A model generated the notes under the pieces. That model was not told the origin of the DNA. It did no database searches and saw only the letters and a list, made by a program, of their open reading frames with translations. A stretch of 42,196 bases of DNA from a virus (Duplodnaviria > Caudoviricetes). The position numbers and the translations under genes were made by a program. How positions within the stretch are numbered: the stretch's first letter is position 1; every line of letters begins with the position of its first letter. Shown piece after piece: positions 1-9,800 of this stretch. The DNA lies in IMG/VR virus record IMGVR_UViG_3300022867_000025, positions 1-42,196 of that record. One strand, given 5' to 3'.

Positions 1-1
1 A

Positions 2-280
2 CCAAGAGATTACAAAGCAGAGTATGCCAAGTACCAAGGCACTACTGAACAAAAGAAAAACCGCGCTAAACGGAATGCCGCCCGTACCAAACTGACGGCC
101 GAGGGTAAGGTATCCAAGGGGGATGGGAAGCATGTCAACCACAAGACTCCCCTATCACAAGGTGGGGGTAATGACCGCAGCAACCTGTCGGTTAAGACTG
201 AAGCGGAAAACTCTTCCTATGCACGCACCAGTAGCGGAGCAATGAAGAAAGGTAAGAAGAAAGGTAAGAAAACTGTATGA
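2..280 (+). CDS. HNH-like endonuclease / small basic protein, 5'-truncated (not in ORF track)
   Basis: Frame 2 is open from the window edge: PRDYKAEYAKYQGTTEQKKNRAKRNAAR...KGDGKHVNHKTPLSQGGGNDRSNL...EN. This has an HNH-type H-x-x-P-L-S-x-GG-x-N pattern. The TGA overlaps the helicase ATG (ATGA). Confidence 0.7.
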   Translation, partial: PRDYKAEYAKYQGTTEQKKNRAKRNAARTKLTAEGKVSKGDGKHVNHKTPLSQGGGNDRSNLSVKTEAENSSYARTSSGAMKKGKKKGKKTV

Positions 281-1827
281 GAATAGTTAAGGATAGGGCT
301 ATGGTCTTAACTACGACCCAACCGCATCTAATTACGGAGCGGTTGAAGAAGCATAAAATTATCTCTGAGGTAGACGGGGTTTACACCGTGGCCCTACCTT
401 GGAATATGCTAGAGGCACAGGTACTTACTACTTTAAAACATGATGCCCCTTCCCCCATAACACGGGACTATACGTGGACAGGTCGGTTTACCCCCTTCGC
501 CCACCAGAAAGAAACGTCTGCTTTCCTTACGCTACATAAAAAAGCCTTTTGCTTTAACGAGCAGGGCACAGGTAAGACAGCCTCAGTTATATGGGCAGCG
601 GATTACCTAATGAAAATAGGCCAGATAAAAAGAGTGTTAGTTATTTGCCCGTTATCCATTATGAAATCAGCTTGGCAGGAAGACCTTTTTAAGTTCGCTA
701 TGCACCGCAGTTGTTCAGTGGCGCATGGAGCCGCACCCCAACGCAGGAAGATAATTGCTGCGGGTTCTGAGTTCGTTATCATAAACTTTGACGGAGTTGC
801 GGTTGTTAAAGAGGAGATACTTAACGGGGGTTTTGACATGATTGTTGTGGATGAGGCTAGTGCTTACAAGAACGCTCAGACCGACCGGTGGAAAATACTC
901 AGGGATTTGTGCATAGGTATCCCTTGGCTTTGGATGCTTACTGGTACGCCAGCGGCACAGTCCCCTGTTGATGCGTTTGGTCTAGCTAGGTTAGTTAGCC
1001 CTGATAACGTTCCGAGATACTTTGGGCAGTTTAGGGATAAGGTTCTCTATAGAGTTACGCAGTTTAAGTGGGCCCCGAAACCTGAAGCCGACAAAGTAGT
1101 ACACAACGCGCTACAACCCGCTATTCGTTTTGAGAAAGATCAGTGCTTAGACTTACCTCCGGTTACTTCAGTAGAAAGATATGCAGCACTAACGCCCCAA
1201 CAGTTTAAGTACTACACGTTACTCAAAAAGCAGATGACAATGGAGGCGGGGGGAGAGCAGGTTACTTCAGTAAACGCAGCGACTAATATAAATAAACTAC
1301 TCCAGATATCAGGAGGTGCGGTCTACACGGACACTAAAGAGGTTATAGAATTCGACGTTAGCAATAGGCTGCAAGTCGTGTTGGAAGTGATAAAAGAATC
1401 CTCACATAAGGTGCTAGTATTTGTGCCCTTTACGCATACGATAAACTTGTTGCAAGACTTCCTGACCAAGAAGAAAGTGACCTGCGATGTTATATCGGGC
1501 AAGGTAACGGTGAACCGGCGGCACCAGATAATTAAAGACTTCCAAGACAAAGATACTACGCAGGTGCTTATTATCCAGCCACAAGCAGCCTCGCATGGAC
1601 TTACTCTAACGGCGGCCAACACCATTATCTGGTACGCTCCAGTTACTAGCGTAGAGACTTACCTGCAAGCTAACGCTCGGATAGATAGACCCGGCCAGCA
1701 TAACCCTATGACTATTGTGCATATCACAGGGAGTGAAGTTGAAGGCCGACTGTATAATATGCTTCGCGCTAACATCAGTAACCACAGCAAAATAATTGAT
1801 TTATACAGACAGGAGTTAGACGCTTGA
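277..1827 (+). CDS. SNF2-family (SF2) DNA helicase
   Basis: Walker A EQGTGKT, Walker B VVDEAS, motif III LTGTP, motif V HGLTLT, motif VI QANARIDRPGQ. Confidence 0.93.
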   Translation: MRIVKDRAMVLTTTQPHLITERLKKHKIISEVDGVYTVALPWNMLEAQVLTTLKHDAPSPITRDYTWTGRFTPFAHQKETSAFLTLHKKAFCFNEQGTGKTASVIWAADYLMKIGQIKRVLVICPLSIMKSAWQEDLFKFAMHRSCSVAHGAAPQRRKIIAAGSEFVIINFDGVAVVKEEILNGGFDMIVVDEASAYKNAQTDRWKILRDLCIGIPWLWMLTGTPAAQSPVDAFGLARLVSPDNVPRYFGQFRDKVLYRVTQFKWAPKPEADKVVHNALQPAIRFEKDQCLDLPPVTSVERYAALTPQQFKYYTLLKKQMTMEAGGEQVTSVNAATNINKLLQISGGAVYTDTKEVIEFDVSNRLQVVLEVIKESSHKVLVFVPFTHTINLLQDFLTKKKVTCDVISGKVTVNRRHQIIKDFQDKDTTQVLIIQPQAASHGLTLTAANTIIWYAPVTSVETYLQANARIDRPGQHNPMTIVHITGSEVEGRLYNMLRANISNHSKIIDLYRQELDA

Positions 1828-1851
1828 CAATGTAAAATTAGGTGTTAAACT
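1824..1851 (+). promoter_or_regulatory. sigma70-type promoter
   Basis: TTGACA (1824-1829), 16 nt, then TAAACT (1846-1851) with an extended -10 TG. RBS AAGGAG precedes ATG 1876. Confidence 0.65.
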
Positions 1852-1875
1852 CTTCCCCCCACTAAGGAGTAAAAT

Positions 1876-2259
1876 ATGAAAACAGCCGCCCAGCTTACCG
1901 CTATATTCATTAAGATGCGTGAGGCTATTAAAGTTAAAGAAGACGAGATTAAGGACATAAAATCGCAGCAAGAAGTAATTACCGAAAACCTCTTAGCCCT
2001 ATGTGATGAGCAAGGGTTAGACAGTGTTAAGTCAAACACAGGTACGGTGACAAGAAGAGTACAGGCAAACTATTGGACTAGTGATTGGGAGCAGATGCAC
2101 CACTTTATCAAAGAGCATGATGCCCTACACCTACTAGAGAAGAGAATTTCTAATAACAGCATGAAAGAGTTTTTAGAAGAGCACCCTGACCTGTCCCCCG
2201 CGGGACTTCAGATCAACAGAAAGTTTGTTATCTCAGTACGCAAGCCCACGAAGGCATGA
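1876..2259 (+). CDS. conserved phage replication-module protein (N-terminal coiled coil)
   Basis: Strong RBS, 127 aa, ...GTVTR...DW...F...LL.KR pattern typical of small phage proteins next to SSB genes. Function unknown. Confidence 0.75.
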   Translation: MKTAAQLTAIFIKMREAIKVKEDEIKDIKSQQEVITENLLALCDEQGLDSVKSNTGTVTRRVQANYWTSDWEQMHHFIKEHDALHLLEKRISNNSMKEFLEEHPDLSPAGLQINRKFVISVRKPTKA

Positions 2260-3617
2260 TGAAGTTACAGTCTCAGGATGGGTTCTTTATCCGCCCTGAC
2301 ACTAAAGAAACTCTGCCCTCTATAGAAGTAGTAATAACAGATAGAGGGGCATTAGCTAGGAATTACTACAAGAGCCAGCAGCAAGTGTGTTGGTCATCAG
2401 ATGGAAAGTTTCCTAGTTCAGCAGTCGCAGAGCCACAAGCAGCCCGTTGTTTAGACTGCTCGCAAAGCGTTAGAAGGGGTGGGTACAGTAGTGGCGCACC
2501 CTGCAAGTTTTTTAACGTAGTTACATTAGCAATACCGGAAGCCAATATAATCTGTAGCTTAAGACTAAGTGGACAGAGCTTATTTTCTAAGAAGGTTAAC
2601 CAGTACAGCTTACGCAGCTACGTGGAACACTTGGCCCAGCACAAAGAAGAAGTAGAACATGTCTTAACAGAGATTTACTTTGGAGAGACTAATGGATACA
2701 ACAGTGTTTATTTTAAACCAGTTCGACCTTTAGCCGAGGAAGAACTAGCAAAAGTGGAAAGGCTAATTAAAGCTGCATCCCCTTCAACCAATCCTTTTGA
2801 ACAGGATACCGAGGAACTATTTATGGCTAACCAAACTCACATAATCAAGAACGTAGAAGCCCGATACCCACGACTAGACCGGCCTTACCGGTTTGATAAC
2901 ACCGCGGGAAAGAACGGCAAAAGCGTTCCATGTGATGCACTAGAAGACGGCGCGAAGTATGAGCTGGACTTCTTGATGACACAGACCCAAGCCAAAGAGC
3001 TCTATAGCATTATGCAAGAGGTTTACACGAACGCCGCTAAGCGTGATAAGTCTTGGCCTACTACGTTAGAGATGCCATTTAAGAAACAAGAGGATGGCAC
3101 TTTTTTGGCCAAGGCAGTTTTGAAAGCAGCATACAGTGGGACGGCGACCGACTCCCCTGCTCAGTTCGATGCCCAGAACGAGCGCCTTGGGGAGGACTTC
3201 ATGCTTACTACAGGCAGCACAGTAAATGCAGCCCTAGAGATGATTCCTTATAAGATGGCGGCTACAGGGGTATCGCTACGCTTACGCGGTGTGCAAGTTA
3301 CGAAATACCTACCGTACAAACCTGCTTCACCGTTTGACCAAGAGGAAGGTGGCTTCACTGCTGACACGGCAAAGAGTTTTTTTGCCAAACCTGACGAGGT
3401 TGACGAGGTTGACGAGCCAGATGAAATCCCAGTAGCTAAGAAAGAAGCTGTCTCAGATGCCGAGCTAGATGCAGACCCATTTGCAGATTCCCCAGCACCT
3501 ACGAAAGCCGCGGCAAAAGCGCCAGTCAAGCGTACAAAGAAAGCCGCAGAACCCACTCCGGCCGACGATGCGGAGATTGCATCAATCATTGATATCTGGG
3601 GTAGTGAGGGAGACTAA
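2256..3617 (+). CDS. ssDNA-binding-protein-like, two modules (Cys-containing N-terminal domain plus T7 gp2.5-like SSB with acidic tail)
   Basis: C-half has an OB-fold SSB-like pattern (YPRLD...GSTVN...GVSLRLRGVQV) and an acidic low-complexity tail ending DIWGSEGD. N-half has CWSSDG...CLDC...C. Confidence 0.65.
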   Translation: MMKLQSQDGFFIRPDTKETLPSIEVVITDRGALARNYYKSQQQVCWSSDGKFPSSAVAEPQAARCLDCSQSVRRGGYSSGAPCKFFNVVTLAIPEANIICSLRLSGQSLFSKKVNQYSLRSYVEHLAQHKEEVEHVLTEIYFGETNGYNSVYFKPVRPLAEEELAKVERLIKAASPSTNPFEQDTEELFMANQTHIIKNVEARYPRLDRPYRFDNTAGKNGKSVPCDALEDGAKYELDFLMTQTQAKELYSIMQEVYTNAAKRDKSWPTTLEMPFKKQEDGTFLAKAVLKAAYSGTATDSPAQFDAQNERLGEDFMLTTGSTVNAALEMIPYKMAATGVSLRLRGVQVTKYLPYKPASPFDQEEGGFTADTAKSFFAKPDEVDEVDEPDEIPVAKKEAVSDAELDADPFADSPAPTKAAAKAPVKRTKKAAEPTPADDAEIASIIDIWGSEGD

Positions 3618-3853
3618 TGAGCTACGGGTATACAACACGACTCGTTAGGCTCAATAAGGAAGCCGATAAAACCAATCTCGGGGTGAAGCTAGGCCGTCTG
3701 TGCATTCGTAAAGAAGTGCCGGTGGTTCAAGTTTCCCTTGAGCTGGGGGTAAGCCGGATGGCGGTGTACAATTGGTTTTCTGGGTCTAGCGAACCTTCCG
3801 ATAGAATGACCGGTGCCATAACTAAACTGATAGCGGAGTACCGCCAACGATGA
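3617..3853 (+). CDS. Cro/XRE-type HTH DNA-binding protein
   Basis: VVQVSLELGVSRMAVYNWFSG helix-turn-helix. Coupled to the upstream gene by TAATG. Confidence 0.8.
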   Translation: MSYGYTTRLVRLNKEADKTNLGVKLGRLCIRKEVPVVQVSLELGVSRMAVYNWFSGSSEPSDRMTGAITKLIAEYRQR

Positions 3854-6660
3854 ACGCTTTTAGCCTCATAGATTATGTAGTGCCCTCGGGTGGCTTCTAC
3901 TGTGTGGTTGGTATGGACGAGGGTGGCCCACTAGATACTAGGCTTACCCAAGATAGGGCAGAGGTAGATAGAATAGTTGAACAGTTTGTACAGCAAAACA
4001 AACATGTCTACTTCGCCCTCTCTAAGTTTAAGACAGATCAGAACAGAACTGCTGATAACGCTGAAGCACTCCAAGCCGTCTGGGTAGATATAGACTGTGG
4101 GGAAGCCAAGGCAAATGAGATAGAAGAGTCTACAGGGTTACCCAAAGGGTATGTAGATAAAGCTACAGCTAGTATGGCCTTAAAAAAGTTTTGCGATACT
4201 GTAGGTTTACCTGTCCCTGCAATAATAGACTCTGGTAATGGGCTACATGCCTATTGGGCGTTAACCGAAGAAGTCCCTAGGGACAGGTGGTCGCCCATAG
4301 CTGACCGATTGAAGCAGGTTTGCGTTACCCAGAAGTTCTGTGCTGACCCCCGCGTTTTTGATGTTTCGCGTATATTGAGAGTGCCGGGAAGTTTTAACCA
4401 GAAGTCTCAACCCGCAAGAGAAGTAAAAGTATTACGCCCAAGCACTACCCGAGTAACACCAGATGCCCTACGAGAAATATTGGGGGTCGCCTCAGACGCA
4501 GTGGATGCTGTTAAGCCTAAGCGCGAACTGTCTGTACTCCAGAAGTTACTCGACCAGAACACGGACAATAGTTTTAAACGGATACTAGTTAAGAAGGATT
4601 CATGTCTACAGCTACGTGATTGTTTGCTTAACAGAGCTACGTTGTCCGAGCCCCGTTGGTTCAATGCCCTATCTATAGCAAAGTTTTGTGAGGATGGGGA
4701 TGTAGCAATACATAGACTTTCAGAGGGCCACCCAGACTATAACCACAATGCAGTGGAGCGGAAAATTGTAGGCATTAAGGGACCGCATTCTTGCCTAGAG
4801 TTCGAGAAAAATAACCAAGGGGGTTGCGAAGGTTGCCCCCACAAGGGAAAGATTACTAGTCCTATAAGTTTAGGTAAGGTTCTTGCGCCCGCCAAGGCCG
4901 TTAAGGCTAACAAGTACCCTAGTGGGTACACCCTAGGAGAGAAAGGTGGTGTTTACTACACAGGAGGGGAAGATGTTGAGCTTGTGTATCGCTACGACTT
5001 TTACCTAGACCAAGTTATGGTTGATCCAGAAGACGGTGATGTTGGTGTATTCAAGGTGCATACTGCACACAATGGGGTACGAGAGTTCACAATTAAGTTT
5101 GACTGCCTAGGGCAAAAAGAGCTCCAGCAGAGGTTAGCTAAGTACGGCATCATAGGGCACAGAGCACAGCACAAACTGCTTACTGACTATGTAATAAATG
5201 CACTTTTAGAATCACAGGACATGAACAGGGCAAAACTTATGAGAGTACAACTAGGATGGGCCGACAATGACAGCAAGTTTATTGTCGGAGAACGCGAGAT
5301 AACTGTGGACGGTTGCTACCATTCACCGGCTTCAAGCATAACTGAGTCATACGCTCCGCACTTCGCACCGAAAGGTTCATACGCTAAGTGGCAGGAGGTG
5401 TTTAACATCTACAACAGGCCGGGACTAGAGGTGCAAGCCTTCGCGGCATTGAGTGGTTTCGGGGCCCCCTTACTCAAACTAACAGGGCAGAAGGGTGCGT
5501 TGATTAACCTAGTGCATAAACATGCAGGTACTGGAAAGACTACAGTGCTGCGTATGGCAAACAGTATATGTGGTGACCCTGAGAATCTACTAGGCACCCC
5601 AGACGACACAATGGTTGGTAGGATAAACAAGCTGGGCGTTTTTAACAGCATAGTAAACACTATGGACGAGCTCACTAACATGGAAGACAAGGAGGTGGGT
5701 AGGTTTGCCTACGCTTGTTCACAGGGTAAGGGTAAGGAGAGAGGGCAGGCGGCTATTAATGCCAACCGTAAAAACCTGACCACTTGGAGAACCATAACGC
5801 TAACTACTTCTAACTCTTCGTTCTACCAGAAGCTACAGCACCTAAAGGGGATTCCAGACGGGGAGCTAATGCGTATCATCGAGTTCGTTATCGAGTACCA
5901 AGACGTTAGCATTGTCAGCACAGCAGAAGGCAAGGAGATGTTTGACCACCAGTTAAATGCGAACTACGGACACGCTATTGTGCCATTCATGCAGCATGTT
6001 ATAGCCAACATAGACGCTGTTAGAGAGCGCATTAAATCCGTACAAAGCAAGATAGACTCCGAGCTCAACCTTACTCAGCGGGAAAGAAACTGGTCTGCCA
6101 TTATTGCGGCGAACATTACTGCGGGTATGATTGCTACTGAGCTGGGGATTATTAACTTTGATATGCGGCGTATATATAAGAATACTGCGCCTATACTTAG
6201 CAGTATGCGTGATGACACCGTGGCTCCGATTGATTCAAACGCAGGCAACATTGGGGAGTTTATAAACCGCAACTTGATACACACCTTGGTAGTAGAAAGT
6301 GGCAACGATAGGCGTTCGGGTAGAGTTAAAGCACCTCAGCTAGAACCCCGAGGAAGTTTATATATTCGGATTGAGCCTGATACAAACAGGATGTACGTGT
6401 CGGTAAGCAGACTGCGTGATGACTTTGATAAAAACGGGATTGATTATAAGTCCTTTGTTAAGGAGCTAACCGCAGCGGGTATGATATTGGAGACTAAAAA
6501 CTTTCACCTAGGTAAGGGTTTTGTGGGGGCTAGTACAGCCACTAGGTCCATAGTATTTGACACAGCCCACCCAGAGTTTGGTGGTCGGTTGGATGCAAAG
6601 GTTTTTGTCCCTTTAGCGGAAGAGCTGCATGAAAGTGGAGAATCTGACCTACCAGATTAA
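3850..6660 (+). CDS. primase-helicase (RepB/AEP-like primase, Cys cluster, DUF927-like P-loop domain)
   Basis: WVDID and IIDSGNGLHAYW primase motifs, RILRVPG, HSC...CEGCPH, LGW, Walker A AGTGKTT, MDE Walker B. Confidence 0.85.
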   Translation: MNAFSLIDYVVPSGGFYCVVGMDEGGPLDTRLTQDRAEVDRIVEQFVQQNKHVYFALSKFKTDQNRTADNAEALQAVWVDIDCGEAKANEIEESTGLPKGYVDKATASMALKKFCDTVGLPVPAIIDSGNGLHAYWALTEEVPRDRWSPIADRLKQVCVTQKFCADPRVFDVSRILRVPGSFNQKSQPAREVKVLRPSTTRVTPDALREILGVASDAVDAVKPKRELSVLQKLLDQNTDNSFKRILVKKDSCLQLRDCLLNRATLSEPRWFNALSIAKFCEDGDVAIHRLSEGHPDYNHNAVERKIVGIKGPHSCLEFEKNNQGGCEGCPHKGKITSPISLGKVLAPAKAVKANKYPSGYTLGEKGGVYYTGGEDVELVYRYDFYLDQVMVDPEDGDVGVFKVHTAHNGVREFTIKFDCLGQKELQQRLAKYGIIGHRAQHKLLTDYVINALLESQDMNRAKLMRVQLGWADNDSKFIVGEREITVDGCYHSPASSITESYAPHFAPKGSYAKWQEVFNIYNRPGLEVQAFAALSGFGAPLLKLTGQKGALINLVHKHAGTGKTTVLRMANSICGDPENLLGTPDDTMVGRINKLGVFNSIVNTMDELTNMEDKEVGRFAYACSQGKGKERGQAAINANRKNLTTWRTITLTTSNSSFYQKLQHLKGIPDGELMRIIEFVIEYQDVSIVSTAEGKEMFDHQLNANYGHAIVPFMQHVIANIDAVRERIKSVQSKIDSELNLTQRERNWSAIIAANITAGMIATELGIINFDMRRIYKNTAPILSSMRDDTVAPIDSNAGNIGEFINRNLIHTLVVESGNDRRSGRVKAPQLEPRGSLYIRIEPDTNRMYVSVSRLRDDFDKNGIDYKSFVKELTAAGMILETKNFHLGKGFVGASTATRSIVFDTAHPEFGGRLDAKVFVPLAEELHESGESDLPD

Positions 6661-6823
6661 CTGGAAAGCGTTTAAGGCAGGGGCCTCTTTCTTTATCCCT
6701 TGCCTTAAGCCCCCGCAAGCCCGAGCAATTATCCTAACTGAAACTAGTAGACACAAATATAAAGTGGTTACTAAAATAGTTATAGAAGATGGGGTGCGGG
6801 GCATCCGTGTATGGAGAGTCTAG
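6629..6823 (+). CDS. conserved small phage protein
   Basis: INW..F..G.SFFIPC...GIRVWR pattern; last gene of the replication operon. Confidence 0.7.
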   Translation: MKVENLTYQINWKAFKAGASFFIPCLKPPQARAIILTETSRHKYKVVTKIVIEDGVRGIRVWRV

Positions 6824-9800
6824 TCGCCATCAAAGAATCTCTCGTTTAATTCAGGGGTAAGAGCATCGTTAAACTTAAGCCCCTTAATTAATTTCTGTTC
6901 GTAAGACTGCCTAGATTTAAACGAGCTCGACAAAGTGTTTGACTTAACCAGCGCCGGATATCTTTGGGCAAACTTCATCAACTCCATAGCCGCTTCATTG
7001 GCCAGTTCTAAGTCCCCAGTAGTTGCCCCTATGTAGTACCTCTTTAATATTTTTTGCTTGCGAGCTAACACTTTAGATTCATAGTTAGCCGCGTCACCTC
7101 TCTTCTCGTAGGTATTAGACAAATCAGCCGGTGAAAAACCAAAGGCTTGCATGAATAGGTTGTAGCCGTTTATGTCTGTATCTATTGGTGCGCCGTCCAT
7201 AGTACGGGCCCCCTCGAAGTAGTACCTCCCTGCCTTAAGTACATTACGCGCTGCACTGGGTAGTATAGTTTCCATAAAGCGGGAGTACTCCCCGGCTTCT
7301 AACAGCTTACCCGCCCCCCGTTCAACCCCAAGGGCATAACTGCCTACTGGGCCCATAGCCTGCATAATAGCGGTCAGCACATAGCCGTTTTGCTCAATAC
7401 TGTACGGGTCTTCTCTAAATAATAATCCGTTTGCGATACCAGTACGGTTAGAAATTTCTAAGTTGGTAGCTGCGTTGACTGGACCCTTAAAGGCGAAGTC
7501 CCCCACAAACTCACGAGTCCATGTCCTAGCGTTAAAAGGCTCCTCTTCATCGTCCGGTATAAGAGCTGCAATTATGTTAGCGAAGGTAGCCGCAGCACCA
7601 AAGAAAGGTAAGCCGTTAACTCCTGCTACTGTAGCACTCATAGCGTAGATGCCTATTATCTCAGACCTTGCCTTACGTTTAGTTTCAGGGTCTGCACCTT
7701 TGACCGCACCGTTAGCCGCAAAAGCAGTTTGGACGGCGCTGTTCCATATCCAAGATTTAAAGGTAAACATAACTCGACCAATAGAGCCCTGTGCCAGCCG
7801 TGGTCCCTCAGCAGCCATACCCGTGGTATGAACATCCATAACAACTTGTCTAGCGTAAACCGAGGCTTCTTTTTTTGTCTTGCCCGAAGCTAGTGCTAGT
7901 TCATAGGCTGTTATAGCAACAGTAGCCCTGCTGTATTTTTCTGCTGCGGTAAACGGGTAAGACAGTATGTCCAAAAACTTGGACCCCACAGAATCAAACT
8001 CGTCAACTGAAGCGTTAGCACCGTCTTGTAGTTCCTTCTGTAGCGTATGCTCCCTTTGCCCAAACTCATCTAGAGTCTCTACTAGGGTTTTGTATCTCTC
8101 ATCAAACTGCCAACCTTTATCCCCACGCCTACTTGCTACTTTCATGGCCTTTAGCATTTGGGTATTAGCACTTCCAAAGGTAAAATCTGCCGCAAGTTTT
8201 GGTAAGCCCAGCATTATTATGGCGCTTAGGTTAACCACCGCCGCAGACACACTACCCAGTAAGTACAAGTTATACGCCGCAGTTGTTAAGAACCCAGTCA
8301 TAGCTGGATAGCTAGGGCTTCGTATAAACCCACTACGTTTCCCTATCTCGTTAGCAACGGCTTGGATATCCCCATTATCTAAGTTTGTTCTTTTGGCACC
8401 CAACTCGGCAATGCCCGCAAGTGCCTCTTCAACCGCTGGAGCATGTGCTAGGTTAGCTAGTTTGCTGTTAAACCGGAGTGCAGTTTCCGAGTAGCCTTGC
8501 AGTAGGTCGTAGCTCTCTCCACCAAGTTCATCCGCTTTGCGTGTACGTTGCATGAAAGAAGAATCAGGGTACATAGACAGCATGACTTGGTAAATTTGAT
8601 CCCTTTGATTTTGGGTTTCCACTTGATTCATTAACTTAGCTATGAAACTTCCAGAGGGCATTCCCTTAGGGTCAAAAGTAACTTCCTCCATCCTGTCTGT
8701 AAAAGTCTCGGAATCCTTTTTTATAACGGCTTGGTTATCCCTTATAAAATCCTTTCTCTTCGCGTTGGAAACAAACCCAACTTGCATTATTTGGTTGGTA
8801 TTAATGTCTTCGTACCTTATGAAGTATTCCCCGGGATGGCGGAAAGGCACATACCCAATAATGGGATTGTCCCTAGTAAACTGGGCCATCAATATATCTT
8901 TTTGTGTGCCCGCTTTTACTCCCTCAAAGGTAAACTTAAGTAGCTTGTTGTAGGAGTCTTTGTACTCCATAACTATTTCTTTATACATACCCTGCAAGTC
9001 GCCGTTCTTATCTAGGTTCCTTAACCGGTTAGAAAGTGCGGTAAACTGAGCCTGCTTCGCAGGGGATAACGTGCTAGGGTCAAACTCTTTGTGTATGCCT
9101 ACTAGGTCAAACCGTAGTCTACGGGCTTCCGAGGCAATTTTCCCCAGCTCTAATAACTTATTAGGGTGAGCCTTAGCTATCTTTTTAAACCTACGGTAGT
9201 TTTTTTGAATGCGCTGAAGCCCAATCTGTGTTTGCCCCTGCCTGAGAAGTATGGCATCTCGTAGGGCTACAAGCTGGGGAACTTTCTTACTATACAACCG
9301 GATAAGATCGTTAAGGCGAAGCCCAGCAAACACCTTACTGAGTAGAGACTTAGCTCCCGCATCATTAGTAAGGTTAGAGATAGTGTTGCGTAGGTCTTCC
9401 TTCTTTTTGCCAACTAACGTAGAGCCCATAGTCAGTAACTCGCCCATAGCGGAGTTACCCATAGCGGGAGTGCCGCTAAACAACTTAGTTTCCAAGGAGG
9501 GTTCTACGTCTTGGGATATATCTAGCACGTTCTCTACTAGCCGAACGGCCTCAGTGTATGCAGTTTGATCCTTACGAAACCCAAAGAACCTAGCAATAAT
9601 ATCCGCTATGTAGGCAAAGTAACTCTGATTCCCCTTAGGGGGTTTCATCCCTTTAAGCAAAGCAACTAGCTGCTGGTTAGCCGCCAGCTCTGCCGCAAAC
9701 TCTTGCATACTTTCCCCAGCATAGAGTCCAGATAGAGAACCCTGTATGTCTGAGAAAAAGGCAAAGAGTTCTTTAGTAACCGCTAAGTTTGGGTTGTTCA

